A model generated the notes under the pieces. It had not been told where the DNA came from. It saw only the letters and a program-made list of their open reading frames with translations, and ran no database searches. A stretch of DNA of 64,000 nucleotides from a virus. Its lineage: Duplodnaviria > Caudoviricetes. A program made the position numbers and the translations under genes. How positions within the stretch are numbered: position 1 is the stretch's first letter; every line of letters starts with the position of its first letter. The stretch lies in IMG/VR virus record IMGVR_UViG_3300032030_002018. The stretch is one strand, 5' to 3'. This document shows, in pieces, positions 1-9,118 of the stretch.

Positions 1-1283
1 TGATTGTCTTGGGCAGTAGAGAAAGTCTCCGTCTTCTTACAAGGTATTGTCGTATTGGCATCAATAAGTCTTGTCATAACACCACCCAAAGTCTCAATTC
101 CTAAAGACAAAGGAGTTACATCAAGCAACACTATATCCCCAACATTTTCATCCTTGTTCAATATTGCACCTTGAATTGCAGCACCCAATGCAACAGCTTC
201 GTCTGGATTAACACCCTTTGAAGGCTCTTTGTCAAATACTGTCTTAGCCGCTTCTATAACCTTTGGAATCCTTGTCGAACCACCAACAAGAATTATCTCA
301 TCAATATCCTTCTTATCAAGTTTTGATAATGACAAAGCATCTTCGCATAACTTAACCAACTTATTATATAGGTGAGAAGTCAACTGCTCAAACTTTGCTC
401 TTGTCAAAGTAAGGTTCAAATGTCTTGGAACATCTCCTACAGGACATAGATAAGGAAGACTTATGTCTGTTGACAGTGTTGACGACAACTCAATCTTTGC
501 TTTTTCAGCCGCTTCCCTTATCCTCTGCATTGCCATCGCGTCAGAACTTATATCAACACCATTCTCATTCTTGAATTCATCAACCATCCAATTAACAATG
601 CACTGGTCAAAATCATCACCACCAAGATGAGAATCTCCATTCGTTGAAATAACTTCAAACACACCACTTCCAAAATTCAATATTGATACATCACTTGTAC
701 CACCACCGATGTCGTACACCACGACATTCATATCCTTATCTGACTTGTCAATTCCATATGCAAGTGCGGCTGCTGTTGGTTCATTGACAATCCTCAACAC
801 ATTCAATCCGGCAATTTCACCAGCTTCCTTTGTTGCTTGCCTCTGTGAATCAGAGAAATATGCAGGTACAGTAATAACAGCATCCTTTACTTCTTCTCCA
901 AGATAATCCTCTGCTGTTTTCTTCATCTTTTGAAGAATCATTGCACTAATCTCCTGAGGTGTGTAAGTTCTGTCACCAATTGACACACGAGGATACCCGC
1001 TCTCATTGATAACCTTGAAGGTTACTCTTTCAGCTTCATCCTTTACTTGTTCAAACGTTTCACCCATAAACCTCTTTATAGAATAAACTGTGTTTACAGG
1101 ATTCATTACAGCTTGTCTCTTACCAGACTCACCAACTTTTCTTTCACCTTCGCTAGTGAAACCAACGATTGAAGGGGTTGTTCTCCTTCCCTCACTGTTA
1201 ACAATGACCACAGGCTCACCACCCTCATATACAGATACACAAGAGTTGGTTGTACCAAGGTCAATACCAATTACTTTTTTCAT
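1..1283 (-). CDS. dnaK: Molecular chaperone DnaK (Hsp70), 3' end truncated by window edge
   Basis: Not in the ORF track because it has no stop in the window. Manual translation from ATG at 1283 gives [18 protein letters not shown]...TTPS...[44 protein letters not shown]...[11 protein letters not shown]...[11 protein letters not shown]...[16 protein letters not shown]. Confidence 0.97.
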   Translation of the reverse strand, partial: MKKVIGIDLGTTNSCVSVYEGGEPVVIVNSEGRRTTPSIVGFTSEGERKVGESGKRQAVMNPVNTVYSIKRFMGETFEQVKDEAERVTFKVINESGYPRVSIGDRTYTPQEISAMILQKMKKTAEDYLGEEVKDAVITVPAYFSDSQRQATKEAGEIAGLNVLRIVNEPTAAALAYGIDKSDKDMNVVVYDIGGGTSDVSILNFGSGVFEVISTNGDSHLGGDDFDQCIVNWMVDEFKNENGVDISSDAMAMQRIREAAEKAKIELSSTLSTDISLPYLCPVGDVPRHLNLTLTRAKFEQLTSHLYNKLVKLCEDALSLSKLDKKDIDEIILVGGSTRIPKVIEAAKTVFDKEPSKGVNPDEAVALGAAIQGAILNKDENVGDIVLLDVTPLSLGIETLGGVMTRLIDANTTIPCKKTETFSTAQDN

Positions 1284-1340
1284 TTTAACAATCTCCTTAT
1301 TTTATAAAATAATATTTTTTTTATTTACTACATTTAATAC

Positions 1341-1358
1341 AACAAAAACCGTGCCAAA
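1341..1358 (-). promoter_or_regulatory. Candidate sigma54 (-24/-12) promoter upstream of dnaK
   Basis: Minus strand reads TTTGGCACGGTTTTTGTT, matching TGGCAC-N5-TTG(C/T), about 60 nt upstream of the dnaK ATG. Confidence 0.6.
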
Positions 1359-1377
1359 GTAGCAAAAAAATACGATT

Positions 1378-1989
1378 TTATTCAATAATTTTCAATTTTT
1401 CTTTATTTTTTATATAAACTACAATCCATCCAAGGTCGTCTATTATGCATCCTGTTCCCCATAGGAACAGTGCGAGTTTAAGTGATGGAAGGAACAGCAT
1501 TGCCATCAGGAATCCTGTGATACTGAATATACCGTCGGCAATTGATATATTATTCTCATATATTTCCCTTGCTCTTTCGTTCCATAATTTTGTTCTGAAA
1601 TACATAACGCATTTTGCAACAAATTGGCATACAAGGTTTGTATATATCAAAGACACTATTGCGTATATCCATACATTATATTGAACAAAACATAAGTATA
1701 ATGCCAATAAAAAGCCACATATTGATTCTGTTATGCAGAATATAAGGAAATATTTGATTACATTATATCTTACTTTTCCTTTCCATATAAGTCCGATTAT
1801 AAATCCAACAATTGATGTGAACAATGCTTGGAACGCAATCCATTGCGCAGGTAATGATGAATATATTTCCTTAACGAGTGTTGGACTCACATATGTTATT
1901 ATAAGGCAACTTACGCACATACTACCCAGAATCCATTTTTGATTGGAATCTGGGTGTAAGTTCAGAAATTTAAGTATTTTTCTCAGCAT
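1378..1989 (-). CDS. Multi-pass membrane protein (about 6 TM), unknown function
   Basis: 203 aa, alternating hydrophobic segments, in operon. Confidence 0.75.
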   Translation of the reverse strand: MLRKILKFLNLHPDSNQKWILGSMCVSCLIITYVSPTLVKEIYSSLPAQWIAFQALFTSIVGFIIGLIWKGKVRYNVIKYFLIFCITESICGFLLALYLCFVQYNVWIYAIVSLIYTNLVCQFVAKCVMYFRTKLWNERAREIYENNISIADGIFSITGFLMAMLFLPSLKLALFLWGTGCIIDDLGWIVVYIKNKEKLKIIE

Positions 1990-1991
1990 TA

Positions 1992-2405
1992 TTATTTCTT
2001 ACCAATATACTTGTCAATATTTTTAGCAATATAGCTTATCTTTCCAAGTAGTTCATAATAACAAAGGTCTTCTGTTAGCATTGTCACGTTATTAGTCATA
2101 ACGCTTCCAATATCATCGCCTTTCTCAATTCGCTTTTTAGCAATCTCAATTCCCTTTTCCTCATTGAATTCATCTTCAGGGCTGCATATTGCATAAGCAA
2201 CCGTGAATTTACGTTCAAGAGTCCGTTTCTTGAATGACAATTCTCCCCTAACAAATCTACCTTCGTAGATTTCAACTGGAACATCTTCCTTGATTTCCTC
2301 CTTTATATACTTCTGTTCCCACTTTCCAACAACCGTGATGGTATGTTTTTCCTTATTGGAATCATAAGCATCAAGAGTTAAATGATAATACCTGATTTTT
2401 GACAT
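1992..2405 (-). CDS. Hypothetical phage protein
   Basis: 137 aa in operon; AICSPEDEFNEEKGIEIAKKR motif of a type common in phage proteins. Confidence 0.75.
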   Translation of the reverse strand: MSKIRYYHLTLDAYDSNKEKHTITVVGKWEQKYIKEEIKEDVPVEIYEGRFVRGELSFKKRTLERKFTVAYAICSPEDEFNEEKGIEIAKKRIEKGDDIGSVMTNNVTMLTEDLCYYELLGKISYIAKNIDKYIGKK

Positions 2406-2410
2406 AATCT

Positions 2411-2620
2411 TTAAACTTTATTTTCTATTATTTTTTTCTTCGTAAGATACTCTTCACAAATTTCTTTGTTGTTAATGATTTCCCTAAGTAGTTTTGCATA
2501 AGCTGGTAATACCATTCCACCATTGAAATAAATGGTTTGCCTTACCTCTCTTATAGTACTACCTTTTTCGATTGTTCCCATATCACAAGTATATGGTTTC
2601 TTAAAAATGTACTCAATCAT
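2411..2620 (-). CDS. Hypothetical protein
   Basis: 69 aa, operon spacing. Confidence 0.65.
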   Translation of the reverse strand: MIEYIFKKPYTCDMGTIEKGSTIREVRQTIYFNGGMVLPAYAKLLREIINNKEICEEYLTKKKIIENKV

Positions 2621-2708
2621 AATGTATGTATTTATTTCTTTTTTTATAAGCAGAATATATTATACCCAGCGTATATAAGTGCTGACATAATGAACATCCC
2701 GAATAATG

Positions 2709-3227
2709 TTATTGATATTGTCTCGATTTTACTTCTGTGCATATCTCATTAAGTATTGGTGACATAATCTCATCTATCTTTTTCCAATCAACATATGGTC
2801 TTTTTCCTTCCTCGCATATCATTGGTGTGCCGACATTCTTATCATCTATATCAAACACAGAGAATATTTTGCAGGACAAATCTTCCTTATCTTCTTGTGT
2901 TGGATTCCTTCCAATGCCATAAAACTCTATCCCTTTGTCCTTTATTACATTGACAGCCTTTGATAAATTATCTCCACACCTCATAGTGTTCAATATAAAA
3001 CCAACATTATAGTTTTTTTTCCACTTTTTCATAACATCTATACAGTCATCATTCACATCAATATGACCACTAATCCAATCAGACGCCGATGTTATTGTGA
3101 AATCAAAATCAATTGATATGGGTATCACATATCTACCGTCAGATGTTTTTTCTGAATAGTAAATTATCTCATTTACAATTGGTTTTACATTGATTATTTT
3201 ATCATCCATATATGTTATATTTTTCAA
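2709..3227 (-). CDS. HAD-superfamily hydrolase (BT0820-like)
   Basis: ISIDFDFTI (DxD motif I), ILNTMR, GIEFYGIGRNP, DIDDKN (motif IV). Confidence 0.75.
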   Translation of the reverse strand: MKNITYMDDKIINVKPIVNEIIYYSEKTSDGRYVIPISIDFDFTITSASDWISGHIDVNDDCIDVMKKWKKNYNVGFILNTMRCGDNLSKAVNVIKDKGIEFYGIGRNPTQEDKEDLSCKIFSVFDIDDKNVGTPMICEEGKRPYVDWKKIDEIMSPILNEICTEVKSRQYQ

Positions 3228-3690
3228 TAAACGCTCTTTTCAACCCAATCAAAACTGCAATATTAGCAGTCCAAAACACATCCAAATTATCTTCATAAAA
3301 CTTTGGGTAGCATTCTTTTATAAATCTACCAACAGCCCTAGACCTTGAAACACCGGCTCGACAATGTATGTAGAAATCTTTTCCAATGTTACCATCAACA
3401 AATTCCAATACCTCCTTACATTGTTCAGGTGTTATTGCTCTTGCCTTTATTCCTTTAAATTCAATATCTTCACTAACATCATCAAATTCAAGATTAAGGA
3501 CATTTGTATGATTTGTCCTGAAATAATGTTGTGTATCAGGTTCATCCAAATATTTTTCAATAATGTCTTTTGTTCCTATGATAGATATAAACGCTTTATT
3601 ATCAAGCTTTTCAACATTATCATCATTTATACCGTTATTAACACAGTATTCATCAAATGCTTCGTGTGAGAATATCTTTATTTCCGCCAT
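3202..3690 (-). CDS. Protein tyrosine/dual-specificity phosphatase
   Basis: IHCRAGVSRS = HC(X)5R P-loop; LEFDD acid loop. Confidence 0.85.
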   Translation of the reverse strand: MAEIKIFSHEAFDEYCVNNGINDDNVEKLDNKAFISIIGTKDIIEKYLDEPDTQHYFRTNHTNVLNLEFDDVSEDIEFKGIKARAITPEQCKEVLEFVDGNIGKDFYIHCRAGVSRSRAVGRFIKECYPKFYEDNLDVFWTANIAVLIGLKRAFIEKYNIYG

Positions 3691-4526
3691 AATACTTTCC
3701 TTAATTGTCGTGTTACATCTTGTACTGGTATTAATATATAATCGCCAGTATCCCTAACCCATACTATTCTCCTCGCTATTACTTTCAATCCTATATCTTC
3801 AAGTGGTATCTGATATGCCGAAAGTTGCAATGTGTACATAGACTTCGGTTCATCATAGAAATCATCAAATGGTGGCAACAGCATTTTATCAACGCTCCTT
3901 GAATATTCCTTCTCTATTTCCTTGTTTGTCTTCCAATCAAATATTACAAGTCCGCTCTTACTGTCGTCATTCGGATGTTTATAATAGAACAATATGTCGA
4001 ATGTACCTGCATAATCCTGTTCAAGGTCTGTAAGTATCTTGTTTTTGCCAGTATAAACTTTAGTCTCTGCAAGTACAAAATGTAAGTTGGGGTCAAGATT
4101 ATCGTAGAACTTAACCATCGCCTCTTCCTTCTTTCTAGTTGGAACAAGCCAACCCTTATCAGGTATGTACTTGCATTTGTTGTCAGGCGTTATAAGTTCA
4201 GGGTGACCATTCCTTAACCACCCCAATGATTCTCCGAATGAATGACACAATGTACCCTTTATGGTTGCCATAAGGTTTGTCATCTTCCACTTGTCAAGCC
4301 AATATTCTTTTGTTTCCCCGTGCTTTTCAGCATATCTCTCAGCTTCTAATTCAGAATTGAATTCTGTTGCGAACTGATGTGTAACGTGTGACACAGATGG
4401 AAGATTGATACCGTTCAGCGTATATAAGTGTCTTTCCTCTTCAAACTGTAAGTCAGCAAACGCGTCTAATATCTTCCTCCTAATTTCAGTTACTTCATTT
4501 GGTTCTCCATTGATTACTATATCCAT
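3678..4526 (-). CDS. PD-(D/E)XK exonuclease
   Basis: HLYTLNG..LPSVS, GTLCH, AETKV, AGTFD, DWKT, LQLSAY motifs. Confidence 0.85.
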   Translation of the reverse strand: MDIVINGEPNEVTEIRRKILDAFADLQFEEERHLYTLNGINLPSVSHVTHQFATEFNSELEAERYAEKHGETKEYWLDKWKMTNLMATIKGTLCHSFGESLGWLRNGHPELITPDNKCKYIPDKGWLVPTRKKEEAMVKFYDNLDPNLHFVLAETKVYTGKNKILTDLEQDYAGTFDILFYYKHPNDDSKSGLVIFDWKTNKEIEKEYSRSVDKMLLPPFDDFYDEPKSMYTLQLSAYQIPLEDIGLKVIARRIVWVRDTGDYILIPVQDVTRQLRKVLWRK

Positions 4527-4545
4527 TTATTTTTTTTCTTTGTGA

Positions 4546-4576
4546 CAAATATATATAATTTTTTATTGATTTCAAA
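4546..4576 (-). promoter_or_regulatory. Bacteroidota sigmaA-type promoter (-33 TTTG / -7 TAnnTTTG)
   Basis: Minus strand TTTG-N19-TATATTTG just upstream of the 4526 start. Confidence 0.65.
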
Positions 4577-4604
4577 ATTTTTAAGAATATTTTTTCTAAA
4601 AAAA

Positions 4605-4916
4605 GTGGGAAATATATATTTGATTAGGGAAAATAATGAATCGAGCAATTATAAAATTGGCTCAACAAGACATAATGACATATCAAGGAGATTAAAAGGA
4701 TTACAAACAGGTAATCCAAATGAATTGATGTTAGTTAAGTCATTTAGTACAAATGAACAGTTTAAATTGGAGCATATGTTACATAGACATTATAAATATA
4801 AAAGAGAAAATGGAGAATGGTTTATATTAAATGAAGATGATGTCAAACATTTTGATGACGTATGCAAAAAATATCAAAGAGTAATTGATTCTTTGAAAAA
4901 TAATCCTTTTTGGTAA
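4605..4916 (+). CDS. GIY-YIG / T5orf172-type nuclease
   Basis: IYLIRE..YKIGST..RLKGLQTGNP..LEHMLHRHY..NGEWF; GTG at 4605 is the likelier start (track start 4542). Confidence 0.85.
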   Translation: MGNIYLIRENNESSNYKIGSTRHNDISRRLKGLQTGNPNELMLVKSFSTNEQFKLEHMLHRHYKYKRENGEWFILNEDDVKHFDDVCKKYQRVIDSLKNNPFW

Positions 4917-4924
4917 TTTGGTTA

Positions 4925-4932
4925 TATTTATA
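4925..4932 (+). promoter_or_regulatory. Candidate phage late promoter TATTTATA
   Basis: Recurrent motif 13 nt before the 4946 ATG. Confidence 0.55.
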
Positions 4933-4945
4933 TTAAAAAAAAGTT

Positions 4946-5215
4946 ATGATATATCAATTAAATGAAAATAAGTTAAGAAAAGTAATTAACAGTTCAATTA
5001 AACAGGTTTTAAATGAAAGCATTAACCCAGATTTATTGAAATCAATAGAAAACATTATGATTTGTAGTCAAGATGCTTATAAATTGGCGCAAAAAGACAA
5101 TATTGATGTATGGAAAGGACAGATTGCACGTCTACTTAAAGACATCAGGTTTTATCTTGATAAAATTGACTCTAAATTTTCTGGCATATCACAATCGATT
5201 GAAAGTGAATATTAA
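4946..5215 (+). CDS. Small head-type protein with LNE..LR.VI..SI..VLNE leader
   Basis: MIYQLNENKLRKVINSSIKQVLNES; own promoter and terminator. Confidence 0.75.
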   Translation: MIYQLNENKLRKVINSSIKQVLNESINPDLLKSIENIMICSQDAYKLAQKDNIDVWKGQIARLLKDIRFYLDKIDSKFSGISQSIESEY

Positions 5216-5256
5216 AAAAACACACAGTCAAGTCATCATTGACTGTGTGTTTTTTT
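5214..5256. terminator. Bidirectional intrinsic terminator
   Basis: aaaaaaaCACACAGTCA-agtcatcat-TGACTGTGTGttttttt between convergent genes. Confidence 0.85.
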
Positions 5257-5273
5257 CTTTCATTAATTTATTT

Positions 5274-6131
5274 TTAGTAGTTTGTTATCAGTACCTCGTC
5301 ACTTTTAGACACTTTGTCTTTAGTGTGATAATTGCAATTGCTATATGTATAATCAAGGTGATTCACGTTGTATTTTTCAGACCATTCAATCAATATATCA
5401 TTAGCCTTTCCTTTGCTTTCCAATACATTGGATAATGCGAATTTTATATGATTGTCATTTAATCTATCTAGAATTGACAGTAATGACTTCTCCTCATTCT
5501 CATTCCAACCGTCCCTTTCATTATAAGACGCACAGGTAATTAAATACGGAGGGTCACAATATATAAAATCATTGTATGACAGTTTGTCTATTTTTATTTC
5601 CTTGAAATCATAGTTTGTAAATATGATATTCTTTTCCGTAATGGCTTTATGGAAGTTTATCAAGTTTCCTTTCATCCTGTCAGTAAACATACTCCTGTCC
5701 TTTCCAAACGGCATATTATATTCACCTTTTGAATTAAACCTAATCTGATTGTTGAATGAATAACATATCAATACATATAATAAGATACTCTTAAATTTAT
5801 CATTGTTATGTGTGGCGTTATAATCATTCCTTAATTTCAAGAAACCTTCACTGTTGGTTTTTGACAAATCATATTTATTTATAACATCATTTATATCACT
5901 TATTAAATCATCTACATTCTCAAATCCTTGAAACATTTTATATATATTAATGACTTCACTGGAAAAATCATTTGCTATGATTCTATCAGCGTCAACATTG
6001 ACAGCGACATTGCCGCCACCTGTAAATAAATCAACAAATGTTCCAATATCTTTCGGAAACAACGGTAGTATTTGACTCAATAACTTGAATTTACCACCTG
6101 TATAATTCATTGGAGATTTAACAAAATCCAT
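5274..6131 (-). CDS. DNA adenine methyltransferase, D12/Dam family
   Basis: SPMNYTGGK, FVDLFTGGGNV, RFNSKGEYNMPFG, YCDPPY, EVLITNY. Confidence 0.93.
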   Translation of the reverse strand: MDFVKSPMNYTGGKFKLLSQILPLFPKDIGTFVDLFTGGGNVAVNVDADRIIANDFSSEVINIYKMFQGFENVDDLISDINDVINKYDLSKTNSEGFLKLRNDYNATHNNDKFKSILLYVLICYSFNNQIRFNSKGEYNMPFGKDRSMFTDRMKGNLINFHKAITEKNIIFTNYDFKEIKIDKLSYNDFIYCDPPYLITCASYNERDGWNENEEKSLLSILDRLNDNHIKFALSNVLESKGKANDILIEWSEKYNVNHLDYTYSNCNYHTKDKVSKSDEVLITNY

Positions 6132-6147
6132 AAAATACTTTTAAAAT

Positions 6148-6519
6148 CTAATGTTCTTTTTTTCTTTCCTTAATTAATCTCTTTTGCAACTCCTCAGCAA
6201 TCACATCACCGTGACAGGGTAATGGTTTACAGAAACATTGTAGATAAACATCCTCTCCGCTCTTATAGGCTTCATATATCCTGTCAAAAGCGTCTGTAAG
6301 TTCCTTGTTCTTACCATAAGACTGCTCAAAGTATAACCTGTAAGCCTCTATTGCTTCCTCTCTTGTCTTAAAAGACAATTTGGCAAGGCTCGTCTTGACA
6401 CCATTGTGAGTAAATGGGTTGCCCAAAGGATTTCCATCCTTCGACCTTCCTATGTAAAAATTGTTTTTCTCATTTGTATGGTCTTCATTCTTAACATTAT
6501 AGACAATAATACGCCCCAT
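6148..6519 (-). CDS. DUF4326-family protein
   Basis: YIGR..LGNPF..REEAIEAY..LQCFCKPLPCHGDVIA. Confidence 0.85.
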   Translation of the reverse strand: MGRIIVYNVKNEDHTNEKNNFYIGRSKDGNPLGNPFTHNGVKTSLAKLSFKTREEAIEAYRLYFEQSYGKNKELTDAFDRIYEAYKSGEDVYLQCFCKPLPCHGDVIAEELQKRLIKERKKEH

Positions 6520-6531
6520 TATAAAAATGTT

Positions 6532-6720
6532 TTACATAATTCCACTTTCATTAATATCATCACGTATTTTTTCCAGACCTTTTAGCAAATCACAAAGCTG
6601 GTCCTTACGGACATTCACTTCTTCCTCGTAATGCCCGTGCAAATCATAAAACACAATAGTGTAACCACCTTTGTCTGATTTTACTAATGTAATCCCTTCA
6701 GTATCTACTATATATTCCAT
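6532..6720 (-). CDS. Hypothetical protein
   Basis: 62 aa, operon spacing. Confidence 0.65.
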   Translation of the reverse strand: MEYIVDTEGITLVKSDKGGYTIVFYDLHGHYEEEVNVRKDQLCDLLKGLEKIRDDINESGIM

Positions 6721-6777
6721 TACTCAACATATTTTCTTTATAATTACGTCGTAATAATGGAAAAGTTAAAATATACC

Positions 6778-6912
6778 TCAATATATTTCTCTTCTTATAA
6801 TCCTCCTACTAACAAGACCATTCTTCTTTGGTGGAACTTTCGTTACAGTTTTTGCCTTTGGTATAGAATTACTACTTACATTCTGTGTCTTGTTCTTACA
6901 GCTACATCCCAT
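6778..6912 (-). CDS. Small basic CxC protein (44 aa), below ORF-track cutoff
   Basis: MGCSCKNKTQNVSSNSIPKAKTVTKVPPKKNGLVSRRIIRREIY*; preceded by TATTTATA at 6934-6941. Confidence 0.7.
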   Translation of the reverse strand: MGCSCKNKTQNVSSNSIPKAKTVTKVPPKKNGLVSRRIIRREIY

Positions 6913-6956
6913 TTTTTCCTATATATTTTTCTTTATAAATATATCATCGTCCAAAA

Positions 6957-7751
6957 TTATTCACTTGGTTCAGAACATATTGTAAGTTCTTCAATCCTAT
7001 CCCTGGACATTTTGCAATATTCCTCACTTATGTCTATGCCTATATAATTGCGTTTCATATCAATACAAACAAGTGCCGTTGTACCGCTTCCAATAAACGG
7101 GTCTAATACTATGTCACCTTTATTTGTCCAAGTCTTTATGTGGTCTAATACAACATCATATGGATAGACAGCAGGATGACCGCTCTTGTTTTGAGCAACA
7201 GCGAAATCCCATACATTACCTTTTACTTTCTTCTCACTGACATTATAGTAAACCTTTCTCCTACCACTCTCGCCTCCAATCATCTTGGCTGTTGACTTGT
7301 ACAATTTTCCTGCATTCTTGCAATCAACCATAATTGGATTGAATGTCTTCGGTTTTCCCTTGCTGAATACCATCATATAGTCAAATGTATCAGTGTATCT
7401 GGGTTGTGCGACAACAGGACAAGGATTCGTCTTGTTCCAAATCATAACATCATTTACATTAAAACCAATTTCATTGAAATACAAAGCCTGCTTAAAACTG
7501 GTCAATGTCTTACTGCCTTTCATTGTTCTGTCATTTACAATCCATACAACAACACCACCTGGTTTTATTACCCTATATAATTCATCAGCCACTCCTTTGA
7601 ACACATCGAAATTCCAAGGATTATCAGGATTATTATAAGTCCTGAGATTATCATATGGCGGACTTGTGATGACCATATCAACACTTTCATCGTCAATATC
7701 CTTCATCACAAGCCTCGCATCACCACAGTATATGTTATTCAATTCAAGCAT
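6957..7751 (-). CDS. DNA methyltransferase, N4-cytosine/N6-adenine beta class
   Basis: ITSPPY before HPAVYP and DPFIGSGTT; SPPY favours m4C; likely start MLELNNIYCGD (track start 7784). Confidence 0.92.
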   Translation of the reverse strand: MLELNNIYCGDARLVMKDIDDESVDMVITSPPYDNLRTYNNPDNPWNFDVFKGVADELYRVIKPGGVVVWIVNDRTMKGSKTLTSFKQALYFNEIGFNVNDVMIWNKTNPCPVVAQPRYTDTFDYMMVFSKGKPKTFNPIMVDCKNAGKLYKSTAKMIGGESGRRKVYYNVSEKKVKGNVWDFAVAQNKSGHPAVYPYDVVLDHIKTWTNKGDIVLDPFIGSGTTALVCIDMKRNYIGIDISEEYCKMSRDRIEELTICSEPSE

Positions 7752-8211
7752 TCTTATTCTTTCTTTTGGATTCTTTTTCAGCAAGTTTATGCTCCTTCTC
7801 CTCTTCCTCTATCTCTTCCATTACAATCTTAGCCGTTTCAATAAGGTTGATATATTTATCGCCATACTTACTACGCATCCTTAATAACTCACCATATTGG
7901 GAAGAATCTACATTTATCTTGTCCTTCTCACTGTCATACGATACATTGGATAAAGCACCTTCAAGAATCATATTCTTGTATTCATCACTCAGCCTGTCAA
8001 AGGCTTCCTCATATAGGAACATATGAATTGTGTCTTGTTCCTTTGTCAAAAACTCTGTTGTAGCACTTGCCTTACTTACCTTTGCAATAGTGTTAGCCTT
8101 TGTAAGTGACATAACCTTTAGCCTAATTCCGACCTGTGCTAATCCAGTATTCTCAAAAATAAGGTCTGCCAACTTTACATTGGCTTCATCAGTCTTAAAA
8201 ATCTTTGCCAT
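7744..8211 (-). CDS. Hypothetical phage protein
   Basis: 155 aa, directly downstream of a sigmaA-type promoter. Confidence 0.8.
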   Translation of the reverse strand: MAKIFKTDEANVKLADLIFENTGLAQVGIRLKVMSLTKANTIAKVSKASATTEFLTKEQDTIHMFLYEEAFDRLSDEYKNMILEGALSNVSYDSEKDKINVDSSQYGELLRMRSKYGDKYINLIETAKIVMEEIEEEEKEHKLAEKESKRKNKNA

Positions 8212-8231
8212 AACTTCTAATATTTTTTTAA

Positions 8232-8263
8232 CAAATATATATTTATTTTAGTAGAAAACCAAA
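8232..8263 (-). promoter_or_regulatory. Bacteroidota sigmaA-type promoter
   Basis: Minus strand TTTG-N20-TATATTTG. Confidence 0.7.
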
Positions 8264-8282
8264 TAAATCATTAGGAAAAATT

Positions 8283-8969
8283 ATGTCTAAACCAAAGAAA
8301 ATGCTGTATCACATAATCTTGACAAGTTTTGGAAAACAAAAGGAAGATTTATGTTGGGCGGCTTCAGAGAAAAGCATATACAAGAAATTGGACAAGATAA
8401 CAGAACAATGCGGTAAAGTTGTATTCCCATTGAAATATGTAAACACAAAAGCAATAAAACCAGCTGATTTTGAATTACTTGTAATTAAATATAAGGATGA
8501 TGCCAATCAAGTTTCAGAGGTTAAAGATGATTATGGGAGATATGTGAAATACGAATCCAACAGTCCTAATTGGGAAATCATAGACAGAAGACCCTATGAA
8601 AAAGAGGAAACATTCTGGGTATATGGATACAATCCAATACATCAAAGGAAAAACTTTATGTGGATATATAACGAATTTGTCAAGAAGGAGTCTGAAAACA
8701 AATATAACTTCAAAGAGGTTCTTATATTGAAGAATAAGGTTATATTTCACAATGCAGGACATATAGATATGGTCTTATGCAAATGCAAGGAAGACGCAAT
8801 AAGAATGTACAACCTGATTGAGAAAATGGCAACAGAAGACGGAATAAAATATATCGTCTTCAACGGTGAGATAAAACAAGGAAAAATGAGATATAACTGG
8901 TATAGGAAACTAATGGACTTTACAGGTTGGAATCTACGTAAAGTTACAAGATATTGTCTTAGACCATAA
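8283..8969 (+). CDS. Hypothetical protein
   Basis: 228 aa ORF with phage-typical composition. Confidence 0.8.
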   Translation: MSKPKKMLYHIILTSFGKQKEDLCWAASEKSIYKKLDKITEQCGKVVFPLKYVNTKAIKPADFELLVIKYKDDANQVSEVKDDYGRYVKYESNSPNWEIIDRRPYEKEETFWVYGYNPIHQRKNFMWIYNEFVKKESENKYNFKEVLILKNKVIFHNAGHIDMVLCKCKEDAIRMYNLIEKMATEDGIKYIVFNGEIKQGKMRYNWYRKLMDFTGWNLRKVTRYCLRP

Positions 8970-8986
8970 AACGATACAAAAAAATT

Positions 8987-9100
8987 ATGAATATTAATAA
9001 CATTAACATAATAAGAATTATACGACAAGTCATCAACGAATCAATCATACTTAACGAAGGTGACACCAGATTGAACCAAGTATATAAAATTAGGCGTTAA
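8987..9100 (+). CDS. 37-aa leader-only ORF (possible truncated head-cargo gene)
   Basis: MNINNINIIRIIRQVINESIILNEGDTRLNQVYKIRR*; stop lies inside the terminator stem. Confidence 0.45.
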   Translation: MNINNINIIRIIRQVINESIILNEGDTRLNQVYKIRR

Positions 9101-9118
9101 ATTAAAATAACGCCTTTT
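9092..9118. terminator. Intrinsic terminator between convergent genes
   Basis: AGGCGTTA-aattaaaa-TAACGCCT-ttt. Confidence 0.75.

Noticed and set aside
1-1283. Window is bacterial chromosome because of dnaK and sigma70
   Set aside because: Baseplate genes, gp46/47, primase and uniform composition show a phage; dnaK shares the phage codon pattern.
3678-4526. Cas4/CRISPR adaptation gene
   Set aside because: PD-(D/E)XK core but no Fe-S cysteine cluster and no cas genes or array.
6131-6150. TAG read-through fusing DUF4326 to the Dam-like MTase
   Set aside because: The 16-nt spacer puts them out of frame.
5274-7784. Complete restriction-modification system
   Set aside because: No convincing cognate endonuclease; the nearby GIY-YIG/T5orf172 gene is a common stand-alone phage gene. 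The MTases are treated as orphans.
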